Below, piece after piece: positions 1 to 13,317 of a DNA stretch of 64,000 bases. The notes beneath the pieces are model-generated. The model was given only the letters and a program-made list of their open reading frames with translations, ran no database searches and was not told where the DNA came from. The stretch is from Protoeuglena noctilucae (taxonomy: Eukaryota), in the NCBI GenBank assembly GCA_958009085.1, contig OY253670.1, forward strand, positions 1,116,001 through 1,180,000, in the 5' to 3' direction. Made by a program: the position numbers and the translations under genes. Every line of letters begins with the position of its first letter. Within the stretch, counting starts at the first letter, position 1.

Positions 1-41
1 AAGGAAGCCGTTCTTCAGGCGCCGGCCTCGCGGGGGAGCTC

Positions 42-2742
42 ATGAAAGCGCTAATCGTGGGGGCTGGCCCTGCGGGCCTTTTGGTCGCGCTGCAGCTGGC
101 TGACGCTGGGTGGAACGTGGAGGTGGGAGCTCAGATGCAGCAGCTTTGTTGCTGTAGATTGCATGTTGGATGCGACGCGGCGTTGGTGCGTGGCACAGGG
201 ACGCATGGGACGCGCTGCAAAACACAGCCCAGCATGAGCATGCGGCCCGCCTGAACTTGTGCGCAGATGGTGGAGGTACTAGATGATCCTCGATGGGGCC
301 CGCGGGAGGATGACAGGACGTACGAGATCGTTCTGGTGAGGGTGGCAAGGCGGGGCCCTTGCCAAGGGATGCTGCTGGCCGATGCGGGGGACGCCGGCTG
401 CGCTCTTTGCTCAGCCATGTCGATTGCATAATGTGCTTGCTGCCGATGCATCGTCGCTGTGTGCGAGCGCCCGCGGGCCTCGAAACGGCACAAACTACAC
501 ACGGTGCTGTTGACCGGTCCCGTCTTCGCCTGCGGACAGCGGGGACATCGATGCCTCCGTCGGCTGCAGATGGAGAGAGGCATGAGTGCGCTGAAGATGG
601 CGGGAATAGACGACCCCGACGACGACATGGCGACGTTCGTCGGCAGCGTCAACCACAACACCCGCGCGGGCGTCCGCTGGGGCCCGGGCGTCCTCCAGAT
701 GCTGTCCAAGAAGCAGCGGACGATCTACGGGGTTCGACAGGAAATCGACTCCATGATCCTGAACCGCATCGAGGCCAAGGCGAGTTCAGGCACCCGTGGC
801 CCTCGTGAGTGCCCCTCGCGCTCTCTTAGGGAGCGGTCTGACTCGCGTCCGCTCTCCTCGCGCGCAGGGCCACCTGCAGTCTTCTGTGCGGATTCACTGG
901 GGCTACCGCGCCAAGCACATCGACCTCGCGGCCAGGCGGGTCGTCGCGGAGCGGGTCGCCCCTGACCCTGCGCCTCCCGCAGACGCATCTCATGCGGGCC
1001 CCAGCAACGCCCGGTCCGCCGCGGCATCCGAGGCGGGGCCCTTGGGGTCCTCTCCGCGCCATCCCTCGCGCCGGCACTCCCTGGCCGGCTCGCTGGCGTC
1101 GGCCGTGTCGGACAACGACGACGAGGAGCTGGGCGAGGCCTCGCGGGCCACCGAGCGCACGGAGTTCGTCGCAGCTGCCGCCACGCCGCCCAAGCTGCCG
1201 CCCAAGGAGGTCACCTTGGAGTACGAAGTCCTCATCGGGGCAGACGGCGTGCACAGGTGAGATAACGAGAGACGATCAATGCCTGGCTTGGCCTCATGAC
1301 ATGGCCCACCTGGCATGGCCTCGTGGCTCGCAGTGCGGTTCGGGAATCCATGGCGAGCGTCCCCGACGGCATCACGGCGTCCGTCGTCCCGGGCAACCTC
1401 GGTTACTTCACCGCCCGGTGCCAGGAACCGAGGGACGTGATGATTTACGAGGAGGTGGCTCGGAAGGGGCTGTCCGGGTACGATCTTGACACCGCCAAGG
1501 GTTGGATTCACGTCATACCGGGGGCCAAGCCCGTCCACTGCGACCAGCTGGGATACGCAGACGTGAGCCTTGCGATGGGTTGGGGCCGTGCCCGAGGCTC
1601 GGCATGCAGATGCGACGGCCAAGATCGGCAAATGCTTTGCATCCCCGCCGCCCTCGCAGCACCCGTCGATGATGCTGCTGTCGAGCCTGAGGGGCGTGCC
1701 CTTGGAGCGTGCGCGGGAGGCGGCGCGCGAGTGCCGGGTGGTTTTCCTGGGACCCTTCACGTGGCTGCAGACGCTGAACAACCAGGCCGCGGCGTTCGAG
1801 GCGCTGCAGGAGCAGTTCGGGGGTCGTATCCGCAAGAGCGTCCTGGCGTCCATTGCAGGCGAGCCACGCGGCGATGCCGGAGACGGGTGGGTGGGAGGGT
1901 GGCAGGGACGCACGACGTGGTAGTAACAGACGCGGCCGCGGTCTTGACGTCTGCTGCAGAGCAGATCGCCACGGAGGGCGGGCCGTTTGGTGGTGGCTAC
2001 TCGGTGACGTGTTCACGCCTCGTGGGTCCCCACGCTGCCCTGGTGGGCGACAGTGCGCATGGGATGCTCTCGACGCTCGGCATGGGCTGCAACGTCGCGC
2101 TCGAGGGCGCCACCGTCCTTGCCCAGTGCCTGGGAGGCGAGTCGGGCGTTTGGGGCATCAGCGCACGCTTGTGCACGTGCGATGGGGTCGTGCACCTGGT
2201 GACGTCAAGTAGGCTTACAATGCAACCACGCGCTTGTGTCGTCCGCACGCAGCCTGCAAGGACGTCGCAGACATCCCCGGCGCCCTCGCCGCGTACAACG
2301 CGTGGTGGCACCCTGACGCCTTGGCCGCCACAGAGATGTCGCGCACGTTTGTCCTCCGGTGAGGCCCCTACCCAAATTGCAGGGCTTCGACAGCCATCTT
2401 GCCTGCATCTGTCGCTTGCTGCTTGCCAGTGAGCAGCTGCAATGGCCCGTCACGCTCGCCTGACACTGGTGTGGACTCACAGCCCCCTTGCCCTGCCATG
2501 CGCCCAGGAAGCACCTGATCCTCCCCGCCACCGGCGTCCTCGCCTTCGCCTCGCGCCTGCTCCCCTCCCTTTTCGGCACGCCCGCCCTCCACCGCATCCG
2601 GGGCACTGAGTCGCTTTCCCAACGACTGAAGCCCGACCTCGACCGCACCGTGACCGACGCGGCCCTCGCGCTCGCCACCCTCAGCGTCCCCGTGGTCCTC
2701 CTTTTAGTCACGTTCCTGCTCGCCGTCGCGAGGCTCTTCTGA
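42..2742 (+). CDS. FAD-dependent monooxygenase, kynurenine 3-monooxygenase-like (multi-exon)
   Basis: N-terminal Rossmann motif IVGAGPAG, the DG motif 'LIGADGVH' (~1230-1257) and the GD motif 'ALVGDSAHGMLSTLGMGCNVALEG' (~2035-2107), plus a C-terminal hydrophobic helix ending at TGA 2742. Exons are separated by GT-AG introns (e.g. 123-267). Confidence 0.8.
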
Positions 2743-2924
2743 TTCACACGTAGGCCAGGCTGTCGCATTGCATGACATATGACTGATGTGATCTACTCGC
2801 TGCGCAGAAGCACCCTGAGGCAGACTATCTCGTACTTGAAAGCAGTCCCGTTCTGCAAATTTGTGACGGCGTCACCAGGAGACGCGGCGACGGGGCTGCG
2901 GATGCCCGGGCTCTCCGCCCCGAC

Positions 2925-4650
2925 TCATAACGCGACCTTGGCGCCCTTCCCGCGCAGAGCAATGACCTCCAACTCGCGGTTGACGAATTCGCCCGTGAGC
3001 GTCTCAGGGAAGGCCGCACGGACGCCCTCGTCCTCCCCAAAGTGCCCCAGGGGCTCCAAATAGCTGCAGCACACGCGGAAGGGCAGGCGTCGTGCTCGGC
3101 GAAGCAAACATCTCCCCGCATCAGTAGGGCACGCGAGAGTGCTGCACCTGGCGCAATCACGCAGCCATCTACGCAACCACAGCGGCTGTGAGCCCTTAGC
3201 CGCCTCGCCTGTCTGACGCGATGTGGGCGAACACAGTACTCGACACTCGCCATAAGCAACGGCCCTCGGCCACTGCCCGCTGCACCGCTTCCTCTGCGAT
3301 CACGGTTCAGCACAGGGCCCGATCACTCCTCGAGAGCACACCCATTGGCATGCACATACAGATGTCGCTGCACGCACTGCCTGCTGTGCCTGTGTGGCTG
3401 CTTTCTCACCGGTGGCCCGCGTGAAAAGCACCTCGTGGAATCCCGCACGCACCGCACCGCCCGTGAGCCACTCCAGCTCCTTGCCAGCCTGCGACGAGGT
3501 CACCGCAGTCCTGGTTGCTTTCCATGTCGGTGCAGTGCTGCCGATAGCCCTCGAGCGACGGGGCCACCAAGCACTCCACGCCGCCCGTGTCTCACCTGCA
3601 CGAGCAGGCACCCCTTGGGGACCTGGACTGGCACTCGCGTGCCGTCCCTGAGCCACACGTGCAGTCCCGGGAACCGCGACCGGCCGTGGATGGTCAGGAA
3701 GTTGAGGTCGTAATGAAACCCCGCAAACACCGTGCCGACGTTGCCGTGGCGAGCGAGGTCTGAGCCCGTCGGGGCCAGCAGGTGCGGGCCCAGTCGCATG
3801 CGGGACGTGAAGGCGTCTTTCGGAAGCCTGCGATGCGCAGCAAGCGAGGGCGTGAATCACGGCTTCTGCGTTCGCTTCAGCCACGACCCTGGGTCCCCAG
3901 CATTGACGATGCTTGGCTCACGCACCCGAGCCCGCACGCAAGCAACTCGGCGCACGTTTCCACGGATGCCAGCAGCTTCAACCCCCATCCGTCCATCACG
4001 CGCGCCCACCGGTCTCGGAACGCCCGCGGGACCACTGCAGGTGCAGGGGAAGCGATGCTGCGTTACGGCTGCCAGGCAATGCATATCCGACTCATGGGCC
4101 GCCTCGAGGCGCACCTGGCTCGGCGTTGAGCTCTGCGAATTGGGTCGACGCGGGACGCGGGCCGACACGCCACATGAAGCGCCACTTCGGATCCGCCCCC
4201 GGCGGCACCGTGGCTCGGTGCTCAGGGGGCATGTTGGCAATCTCCTTGAGGCACGAGGGGTCTGCCATGCATCGCGGGACCTCCACACCCTCCGGGGTTG
4301 CTCCGACCTGATACGAGAGCTCCGGTCGCGCGTCCTCGGCCTTCAGCTCGGCTGGCTGCGAGAAGTACTCCTCCAGCAAGTCGAGGAATTCGTCGTTGTC
4401 CGCCTCTGTGACGCGGGGGTCGCGCACCTGCGTAGAGCGGGCGGACCACGCGAATTTGGTGTCCGCTCGCTCGAGACCCGTGCTGCCCAGGCCCCGCAGT
4501 CAACATCTGAGACCAGCCGCGCGTCCTCGCCAGCAAACACCCCGTCCTGCGCATCGCGTCGGCGACCGCGCGCGCCGTGTCCTCCATCTCCGAGGCCTTG
4601 TCAGGGGCATCCTGCAGATATCGGCCCAGATCAACGACGGGCACGTTCAT
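2925..4650 (-). CDS. 2-oxoglutarate/Fe(II)-dependent oxygenase, IPNS/DIOX-like (multi-exon)
   Basis: Starts MNVPVVDL (DIOX_N-like). Contains the HxD motif 'GFHYDLNFLTIHGRSRFPGL', then 'LLVQAGKELEWLTGG..AGFHEV' with the distal His. Last exon ends 'ELEVIALRGKGAKVAL*' at 2925. Confidence 0.85.
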
Positions 4651-4864
4651 GATGCCTGCGCCTGCCTCTGCGACTCAACGAGTGGCGAAGGCTACCTCGC
4701 GCGGTGCGGATTCACAGCGCTGTCCCCATGCCAGGGGCCCAAACACTGACGCAGGTTTTTGGGCTTCCAACCGCCGTCAAGCGCTATTCCTCTCATTCTC
4801 TTGCACCCGTATGTTCGCATGTACATGGATTGTGCGCCAGGGTTCGCGTAGCTCTCCCGATGCC

Positions 4865-6969
4865 ATGCTGAGGCGAGGAAGTTACCTGCTTCGACCTAGC
4901 CTCGCGTCCCTCGCGCATCGGACCGACGCGTCTGCCTGGGGGAGGGCCGGTGTTAACTGTGCGCTGCGGGCACTAGCCTCGCAGCGCGACCCGCGGTCTG
5001 CGTGGGGGCCCTCCGGTGGTTCGACCGGTGGTTCCAGGGGCGATGGAGATTTTGGCTTGAACGGGGGCGCGCCGGGCAGCGCTTGGGGCGCGCAAGGACC
5101 GACCCAAGGCCAGGCGCAGTACCATGCGGAGCCGATCCCGGGTGCGCGCCGGGGTATCGACAACCACCCTCGCTCGCTCAACGCTGCGTTCGTTCCGAGG
5201 CCTCAGTGTCCCTCATATCCTCTCGCTCGTGCCATTCTTCACCCCTTCACGTCCGTTGTTCTTACCGCCGCTCCCGCAGGGCTCGACTGGCTGCATCAGC
5301 CCCCGACGCTGGCCACGAGGATTGATGAGGTTGTTCAGCACCCGTCGCTGGTGCTGGCGCGGCGCATCGAGTGGGGCGACGTCCTCGTCGGGTTCGAGCA
5401 GCGCAACACGTACGCCGTGCAGGAATTGTCCGGCCAAACGCGCGCCCTGGTGCGGTGTCGCTCGCCAGTTGCAGCCGCAAGTGTGTGACGGTGGCGTGGC
5501 CAGAGTATATCTACCCTGCGCCCCCTGTCATGCGCGCAGATTGTGGAGGAGGGTCTCAATTTCGGGAAGATCCTCGCCCGCCAGCTCTTGGGCAACCGCC
5601 GTCCCATGTCGCTCGTCCTCGTCGGCCGCGATGGGCGCGTGCTGCTGCGCCTGCGCCGGCCCTTCGCGTGGATCGGGAGCCGCGTCTTTGTTGAGAGGCC
5701 GGACGGCACGGTCATTGGGGAGATCTGGTGAGGACCCTGGGTGTCCGCCTGCCACGCCAAGGCGGGTGCTCTTGGGCGACATGCAGAGCCACCTGCCACG
5801 ATTTCCGGCTATCTGATGTGTGACAAAGGCACCCGGTGACTCCCGCGTTGTGATGTCATCCCGCAGGAATCGATGGCGGCTGTGGCGCCGCGTGTACGAC
5901 GTCTATCTGGGCAAGACCCAGGTCGCGGCCGTGGACGAGCGGCCCCTCCTTTCCTTCAAGTCCTGGTTCAGCTTCCAGGTGTGAACATGTGGCGTTAGCA
6001 CGCTTGTCACAGCAACATTATCGTTGTCTACAGACTAGATACTTCCCCCGTGACACCAAGCGCTCGCCAATTGCTCGCTGCTAAACCTCAAACCCCATCG
6101 CCCGTCGGCGCTCGCAGTTGAAGGACGAAGAGGGCCGTCCCACGGGGCTCATCACCCGCGACCTGTCTCTGGTCAAGGACGTCCTCCTGAGCGCGGACGC
6201 CGGCCGCTACGTCGTCAGTTTCGGCGCCAATCTGCCCATCCACCCAGGCGGCGCCCCCGTGTACACGTGGGGCCAGCCCGCTGCGGTGAGAATCACCATG
6301 CCACTTTCGCGATTGGTCCGCTTCTCTGACCTGTCCATGGCCACGTGCGACACCGTGATCCGTCGCATGCAGTGCCTCCTTCAGCGCCAGTCAGCGTCTC
6401 TGTCTATTCGTCTCCCGCAGGTGCCCACCTTCCCTCAGGTCATGGACAAGTCGGGTGGGTTGGTCCCGGCCGGACGGGCCCTCAGCGACGACGAGCGCGC
6501 GCTGTCGCTGGCCCTGGCCATTGCCGCGGACGTCGATTACTTCAGCAACCGGAGGAGGCTCGCCATTGGCATACCCCTGATATTTCCTGCGGGGTGAGCG
6601 CCTGTGAGTGGGGGTGCGACGGCCGTCGCATGGCTGAGCCAGGGTGTGTATTTGAGGACTTGGATTGCAACTTTGTGAGCTGTGTGGGTCGCAGGGAGAG
6701 AGATGACGACGACGATGGCCGGGGGGGCGGTGGGGATGGAGGTGGCGGCGGGGGCGGTGGGGGCGGGGGTGGAGGCGGAGGGATCCTTCCAGGGTCGTGG
6801 AAGTCGGGGATTGACCTAGGTGAGATGCTTACTAACTTAGTAAAATTGCTCTGAGCAGATGTCAGAAAGGAACTGCTTGCGTTTGCAGCTGCGTGCTGGT
6901 GGTACGACGGTCTGTCTGTGCCCCGCAGATGACGACGACGCTTGGCGAGACGACGACGACAGTCGCTGA
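4865..6969 (+). CDS. Phospholipid scramblase family protein (AIM25-like, probable mitochondrial transit peptide)
   Basis: Arg/Ser/Ala-rich N-terminus. Scramblase motifs 'RRIEWGDVLVGFEQRNTYAV', 'RQLLGNRRP', 'LRRPFAWIGSRVFV', 'RWRLWRRVYDVY' and 'LSDDERALSLALAIAADVDYFS'. A Gly/Asp-rich tail is spliced in via introns starting at 6594 and 6820; stop at 6967-6969. Confidence 0.8.
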
Positions 6970-7245
6970 GAGCACGAGCTTGGTTGACAAGCAGGTAGCG
7001 AGGCAGGACATTGCTTGCGCACGTTTGCGCACATTGATGGGTTGCACACACGAACGATAGGGACGTTAGGACTGCCGCAAACCATAGGTGCCACGCACAC
7101 GCTCGGATCTGGCAATGCTGCATTCAATGGGTCTTGCCATCAGCTCGCCAGAACTCGGCGAGTGCAGCGCCGCACGCACGGCCGCGCCAAGCTGCGCGCG
7201 GCCTTGACCCTCCATCGCGGGCCTTTGCTGTCATGGGCCCTCTCA

Positions 7246-9628
7246 TCAAACTCGGACGTTGTCGGCACCCACCGCCGCCGCGCTCCTGTTCCCCTTGTGC
7301 GCCGACACGGCCGCGAGGAACTTGGCCCGCAAGTCGCTCGTGCGCACCTTCACCGCGTACGTACGCAGCGCCTGGGGCCCAGGCTCCCCCCCTGCCGCGC
7401 CATCCTTCTCTGGACTCTTTGCCGCATCCTCGCCACCCGCACTCGCGCCCTCCTCCGCCCCACTCCCAGCCGCGCCTTCTGTGGTGCGTTCGCCCTCCTT
7501 GCCGTCGTCGGACGCGGCACCCGCCCTGCCGTCGTTTGCCTGGCCCTTGCCCTGCAATCGCGCGTCACAAAGCCATCTCGACTACAAGCACGCGTCTCGA
7601 GCTGTGGCCTCCCACCGCCCTCTAAGGCACTCAGTGCCCGCCTCGCCTTGTCTAACGGCACCGCTGCCGAGTTGATGCAGCTGAAGGTGGCGCCCTTGCC
7701 GCCCTCCATCTCAGTCAGGGCCATGTCTGCAAAGAGCCGGGCGTTGAGCACCAGGCGGCCCGTGCGGGACCGCATCACCAGGCGCGCCTGGCCGCCCTCC
7801 TTCGCCACGTTGACCCGCAGCTGCGAGGGAGGCAATGGCGGCGACGGTGACGTGTCCCATGCAACCTTCGAACCCTCTAGTGTTGGCACCGAAGCAGTGC
7901 CAATGCCAGCACGCAACCGAAGTCAGCCACTGACCACCTGGCCCTCCAAGCCCCCGCCTCCCACAAAGGCACGCTCTCCTCACCTCCCCGACACCCCTCT
8001 CGTGCCACTGGGAGTCGAGGCCATACTCAAACAGCTTGGCGTGTGCTGAGAACACTGTGTCCTCGCCCTCCTCCCCCGTCGCCACCACCTTGGCCTCCAC
8101 TGCGGCGCAGAGAGTGCATGGCACAGAGTCACAGCCGTGCACATGACCCAGGAGCAGGACGTGGCAAACACCCCGCGGCGAGACACAGAACGGAAGCAAG
8201 GGGTTTGGCACACGAGACAGGCACTCGGACAAGGCAAGCACTCTCTCAAGCCAGGCACTCGCAACAGCCAGGCACTCGCGTGCGGGCTTGGAGGACGCCC
8301 CGAACAGCGTCGTGGGGGGCGCCTTGGCCGCCGAGGCGAAGTCGAATTTGAGGCCGGAGAACTGCGAGTTGCCAAAATCCAGCGGCTTGGCGCTCCCGAA
8401 GACCGTCGCGCCCTGCGGACGCGGTGTTGGTAAAAGCGTGGGGCTGGTCCACAAGGCCAGTGCCCAGCGGTGGGCGCCGGGCCCGCCTGCCTGCCACGCA
8501 CCTCCCCTGGCTTGTCGCTCGCCCCCTCCTTGTGCAGAGCCGCGAAGGCCCCGAAACCCCCGGCCTGCGTCGCGGCGGCGAAGCCACCGAAGCCGCCCAG
8601 CCCCGCACAGGGCGCGGCGCCAGCGGCCGAGACCTCGCGTGGCCTGGACGCTGCCTCCCCGCCCTTGTCGCTCTCGTCCGCACCCACGCCCGCCTGCGCG
8701 TCGCGCGAGCCGCCATCCCGAAGGGAGGCGGCTTGGGCCTCATTGGAGGGCGGAGATGCGCCGTCGGGTCGAGGCGCACCCCCACCCGCGTCGGCCTTCG
8801 CTCCTCCGGCCGCCGCCGCCGCTGCCGCCGCGAAAGCCCCGAAGCCTCCTCCTTGGCCGGGCATGCTCACGTTCGCGAATGGATTCGACGAGGGCGGAGC
8901 AGCCAGAGAGACTCCACTGCAAATAAGCAAAGGGAAGGCAGCACTCTCGCAACAGCAACGACACCTCCTCTTCTGCACCTGATAATGGCGAACGCATGTC
9001 ATCGCACGCCTGCTTCTACGCTCGCCTGAACGGATTGCTGCCCGCGGCCTTTGTTTGGGCGGTCAGGTTGGTCGATGCGAATGGGTTCGAAGCGCCGTTG
9101 CCGTGGGTCTCCCCGGCTGCTCCCCTTCTCCTGGAATCATCATGACGGAGATGGAGATGCAGCAGCTGGCCAGGAGGGACGGAGTGCGCGGCGGGGCAAG
9201 TTCTTCGTGCGTGAGCGGGAAACTAGTGCGGCGATCCTCGGTCGGGCGCTGCATGCCACGGAAACCCACTCACTTGGCCTTCACAAACTTCCGCGTCTTC
9301 AGCGTCTCTTCGGAGGCCTGGTGGAGGTCCACGTTCGGCCCATCGTTCGCCTCCCCGTCTGCGAGAGGTCCACCGGCCGCACGTAAAGCCGGGAACTCTA
9401 CTCAAGGGCGGCTGCATCATCAATGTGCTCCGACACACATCGTGCGCATGCGCGAATGGCCATCGACGCCGGCATCTCATCCCGGGGGCTGAAATCCCCC
9501 TGGATGCGCTGGGAGCCAATTGCCATGCAGCGCATCCGCGTGTTGCGCGCCGCACCGCTCTCAGCGTCCACATCTTCACGACGAAGGTCTCCGGCAGCTT
9601 TCCTCTTGCTCGGGCGCTCCTCTGTCAT
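7246..9628 (-). CDS. NUP50: Nucleoporin Nup50-like (N-terminal importin-alpha-binding motif, FG repeats, C-terminal RanBP1 domain)
   Basis: N-terminal 'SKRKAAGDLRRED', several FG motifs (GFGAF, GFGGF, VFG, LFG), and a RanBD 'TGEEGEDTVFSAHAKLFEY..WHERGVGELRVN..ARLVMRSRTGRLVLNARL'. Confidence 0.8.
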
Positions 9629-9844
9629 GGCTGCGGTCACGTCGCTCCGGATGCGATGATGCAGCTCCCGAGTCCAGCGTCCAAGGACAGGCGCAACGTT
9701 CTCTCTGTACATTTGCTGGCACGTCGCGGCTTCAAACATCGCTCGTCGCCACTGGCACCATCTGGCATCCGCTGAGGGAACGCTGCAGCGCCATGCGCGC
9801 CCAACACCCGACCATCCCCGCAGTCCATGCCGCTGCCCCGTATC

Positions 9845-11250
9845 CTAAGCACTCTCGAACGCTCCCCAGCCGTCCCCCGAGTCCAGGCTCCCCAGTCGGT
9901 CCGCCAGCACGCCCACCGCCTCGTCGCTCCCGCTGCGGATCTCTTCCCCAGACACACGCAGGCGCGGGTCCTCCGCGTGAGGGCTGAGACCCTCCTTGGA
10001 CGCAGACGAGACCCTCTCGAAGTCGCCCCTGTCGATCTGAAAGCGAGAGAGGACACGTGATGATGGCATGCGGTCCGGTCCGGGCGGATGCGGGCGACGG
10101 GCGAAGGCAGCAGCGACGTGCCCAGGTCCCACCTGGGAGAGGCATCGGGCCACCGGGACGCGCAGGGGCGGCGGCGGCAAGACGCCCGGTATCCGGACCT
10201 CGCTGCCCGACACGGCCTCCTTCGCCGCCCGGATGCCCAGCTTCCGCGAAGGGCCCTCCGCGTTGATCGCCTTGTCCAGCGACACGGTCAGGGTCTCCCC
10301 TGCAGGCGTGCAGCTGTTGCGCGGTCAACACCCAGACCCCGTCTGGCCCATCGCACCGCCTCCGCCCTGCCCAATCGGCAGCCGCCCTCAGGCCCCGAGC
10401 TCGCCTGGCTTGAGGGAGAACTCCGACGGCCCCGGACCGACCCCCTCCCCGTCCTCGCCCTCACGCAAGGACGCGCTGGCGGCCTTGGCCTCCTCAATTC
10501 CCTCGCCAGCTGCGCGGCCTCCTTCATGCGCCGCAGGTACTGCCTGCGGTACGGGCACGGATCTCAGCGATCGTGGTTCGACTGCCTCTCTCACCCCAAC
10601 GGGTGCCTCCAGTTCCCCGCGCTCGCCTGTGGTCGTCGAGCGCAGCCCGGAAAGAGATGGCGTGCTCGCGCTCGCGGAACCCCAGGCCCAGGAACGCGTG
10701 CCTCCCCGACGCAGGGTCGACCACCCTGAGCACGAAGTAACGTGAAGAGTCCAGCACGGGCTCCACCGACGCGTCCAGGGGCTTGTCGTTATCGACTGGG
10801 CACTCGGCGAACACGGCGCCCGATGTCTTGTCCTCCAGCACCACGCAGATGTTGTCCCCGCTAGTAATGGTCTTCGTGCTGACCTCCGCGATCCACTGCG
10901 GGCTCAGAAAAGCACAAGGGTTGCGCACCACCCACGGCGAAGTTCCTCGCAGCTTCTCGCGGCCGTTTGCCCCGCCTGCGGTGCCGGCGCCTTTACCATG
11001 AATCATTCTGAACCGATGGAAGCTAGATCACCTTATTAACGTTCCAAAGCTCCGCACGATGGCCCAAAGACGTGGGCGCGGGCGGGATTCCATAAACGTA
11101 GCATTCTCTGCGGCCAGCGAGAAGATAATGGTAAATGCGCCACGGAATTCCAAAGATCGTGTCGTATATGATCCCCGACGCCACGCGTTCGGACCTGGAG
11201 GTAAATGTTATCAGCTCCAGGGGAGTGACTGGCTCCCCCTCCCCCGCCAT
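9845..11250 (-). CDS. NECAP: Adaptin ear-binding coat-associated protein (NECAP, PHear domain)
   Basis: 'ECYVYGIPP..GHRAELW', 'LEDKTSGAVFAECP', 'VEPVLDSSRYFVLRV..HAFLGLGFRER', and a C-terminal WxxF-acidic motif 'DGWGAFESA*'. Confidence 0.9.
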
Positions 11251-11411
11251 CTCGTAGGCCTGGCGGCTGCGCGAATCCCAAAGTCCCTGGCTGCCTCACA
11301 AAACGGAGAACGTGCATCTGTTGCTTTCTGTCGCGCAAGGGCTCAATTCAACAGGCACCGTCTGACTCGGCAGGGCACTGGCAGGGGCGATACTTGTAAC
11401 TGGAGCAGCTG

Positions 11412-13041
11412 CTACGTGGAGGCAGTGGAGGACGGGCCGTCTGCGCCTTCCTCTACCGCTGCGCACCCCGGCTCGAACACAAGATGGAACGCATCTCTGC
11501 CCGCCGCCACTTGTCTCGCAAGCGCCTCCCCCGGCAGCCGCACGGCAACTACGTACATCGTCTCATCGTCTTCGTCTTCTTGGCTCTCTGAGAAGTTCCA
11601 CGTGAACTCTGCCCCCTCCGTCGCCTGCACACGTATTTCTGTGATGGCATCCCGGCCAGCCACGCACAGCGGGGCGTCCCGTGGGAGCCTGAGCTCGGGC
11701 CCTGGCCCCTGAGACAGTTTTCTCGCAACGTCCTCCGAAAGAGGTGATGCTGCGGGCGAGCGAGAGGAAGAGACGATGAGTACAGGATGCAAGCTGAGCA
11801 CGGGGCTGTTGCTGCCCGCCAGTTCACGCACCCATGTCTGGCCGATGATTGAGCCATATGTTGACCAGGAACGTCACCCGCGGGGCTCTGGCCCCATCTT
11901 GCTGCTCGGGGGCCACGATCCCCATTAGCCTGGCCACATCGCTGCTCGCCCCGTGGAGATACCGGCCGTCGAAAGCCATGTGCTGCGAGGAGGGCCTGGT
12001 GGGTCGTGGTTGCAGCCGGCGCGATGACATGACATGGGGGTCGAATCAGTTACGGTTCTCCGCGTCACCTTGCCGAGCTTCGGGACGCTGAGCCACCCCT
12101 GGGCGATGTCGGCCAGAGCGCAAGAGTCAGCCTTCTGCAAGGGGCCCGCATGCTCCAGCACCATCGTGGGCCCTCCATGGGAAGAGAAATACGTCACCGT
12201 CCCCAAATGCGGGTGGATGTTGAGGCCAGACGACTCCGCCGCATAATCCTTGTCCCTGAGCCAGGGAAAGCAGGGCAGGTGCTCGGACAGGGGCGATCCG
12301 TGCATTGGCCCGACCCAAGCGAGTGGGATTCTCACCAATGCCACCCGATGTCGTCATCCCCATCAATCACTTGCGTCCACCACTCGGCTCCTGACGACTT
12401 GGCGTCGAACGTGGCGGCACGCGTGTGAAACCGGAAGATGTGGAGGGCCATGCTCTCCAGCACCGTCCGCGGCGTCGCGTCAGCCGGCACCCAAAACGTC
12501 TCTCCTGCGAGCTCGCGACGGCCGCCATACTCTGCAGCGCCCTGTGTCACTTGGCCAATGCATCCCCGGAGAGCCGTGCTTGCCTGAGCTGTAGGAGGCG
12601 CCCCTGGCCCGCACGTTGCACACTTCGCGGCAGTCCTTGACGATCCGCGCCAGGGTCGCTTGAAACCCTGGTTTTATCAGATCGAGTAGAGCGCATGGGT
12701 AGGTCTGAAAATTCATGTCCATGCGACCTTCGTAAGCGATGCGCCCGTCCTCCGTCAAGCGGAGCTCCTCCGTCGCCCCATCACTCGCGTCGTCCTGACT
12801 GCTCTCGTTTGTTGACGCTTCCTCGTCGCTGCAAAAACAGCAGAGACGTGCGGTAGGCAACATGGCGGGGGCGCCTTTGCAAAGCGACTGTTAGCTCGCA
12901 AGGAAGCATTGCTGCTGTCAACATGATCCAGATCGACATATGGAGAGACCAGTCATACCTTCTCTCCACGATCTCCGGCTCCTCGGGCTCCGGATCGGCG
13001 GCCTTCGCCCGCTTCGCCCGCTTCCGCGGTGGTTGCGGCAT
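11412..13041 (-). CDS. Uncharacterised protein with a probable 2OG-Fe(II) oxygenase (double-stranded beta-helix) fold and an N-terminal NLS
   Basis: Spliced product starts MPQPPRKRAKRAK and contains 'GAEWWTQ', 'IGWHW|DKD' (HxD), 'HPHLGTVTY', 'FDGRYLHG' (distal His) and 'RVTFLVNIW' (2OG-binding Arg position). Confidence 0.6.
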
Positions 13042-13317
13042 GTCTTCGCCAAAAACGCCACCAAATCCCAAGGGACGCAACAATGCAACGATCGTTCTAC
13101 TTTGCGGCAGGTAACGTTTCCGGCAAGAGCGCTGGCGGCGCAACTTTGAGGAATTGGCGAGTTGGGGGCGGTGTCTGGCGCGTCCTTTCGTCTCCCCGTC
13201 GTCATTCAAGTTGGCATGTTCAGGCTGCTTGGCCTCGACAAACTGATCATGGGTCCTTGTTTTCGCCTCCTGAAACCCTCAGCGGCAAGGACAAGCGTTT
13301 GGGGTGGCGTGTAACGT

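Noticed and set aside
6716..6782. G-rich tract as a G-quadruplex element or satellite
   Set aside because: It is explained by a poly-Gly coding exon of the scramblase tail.
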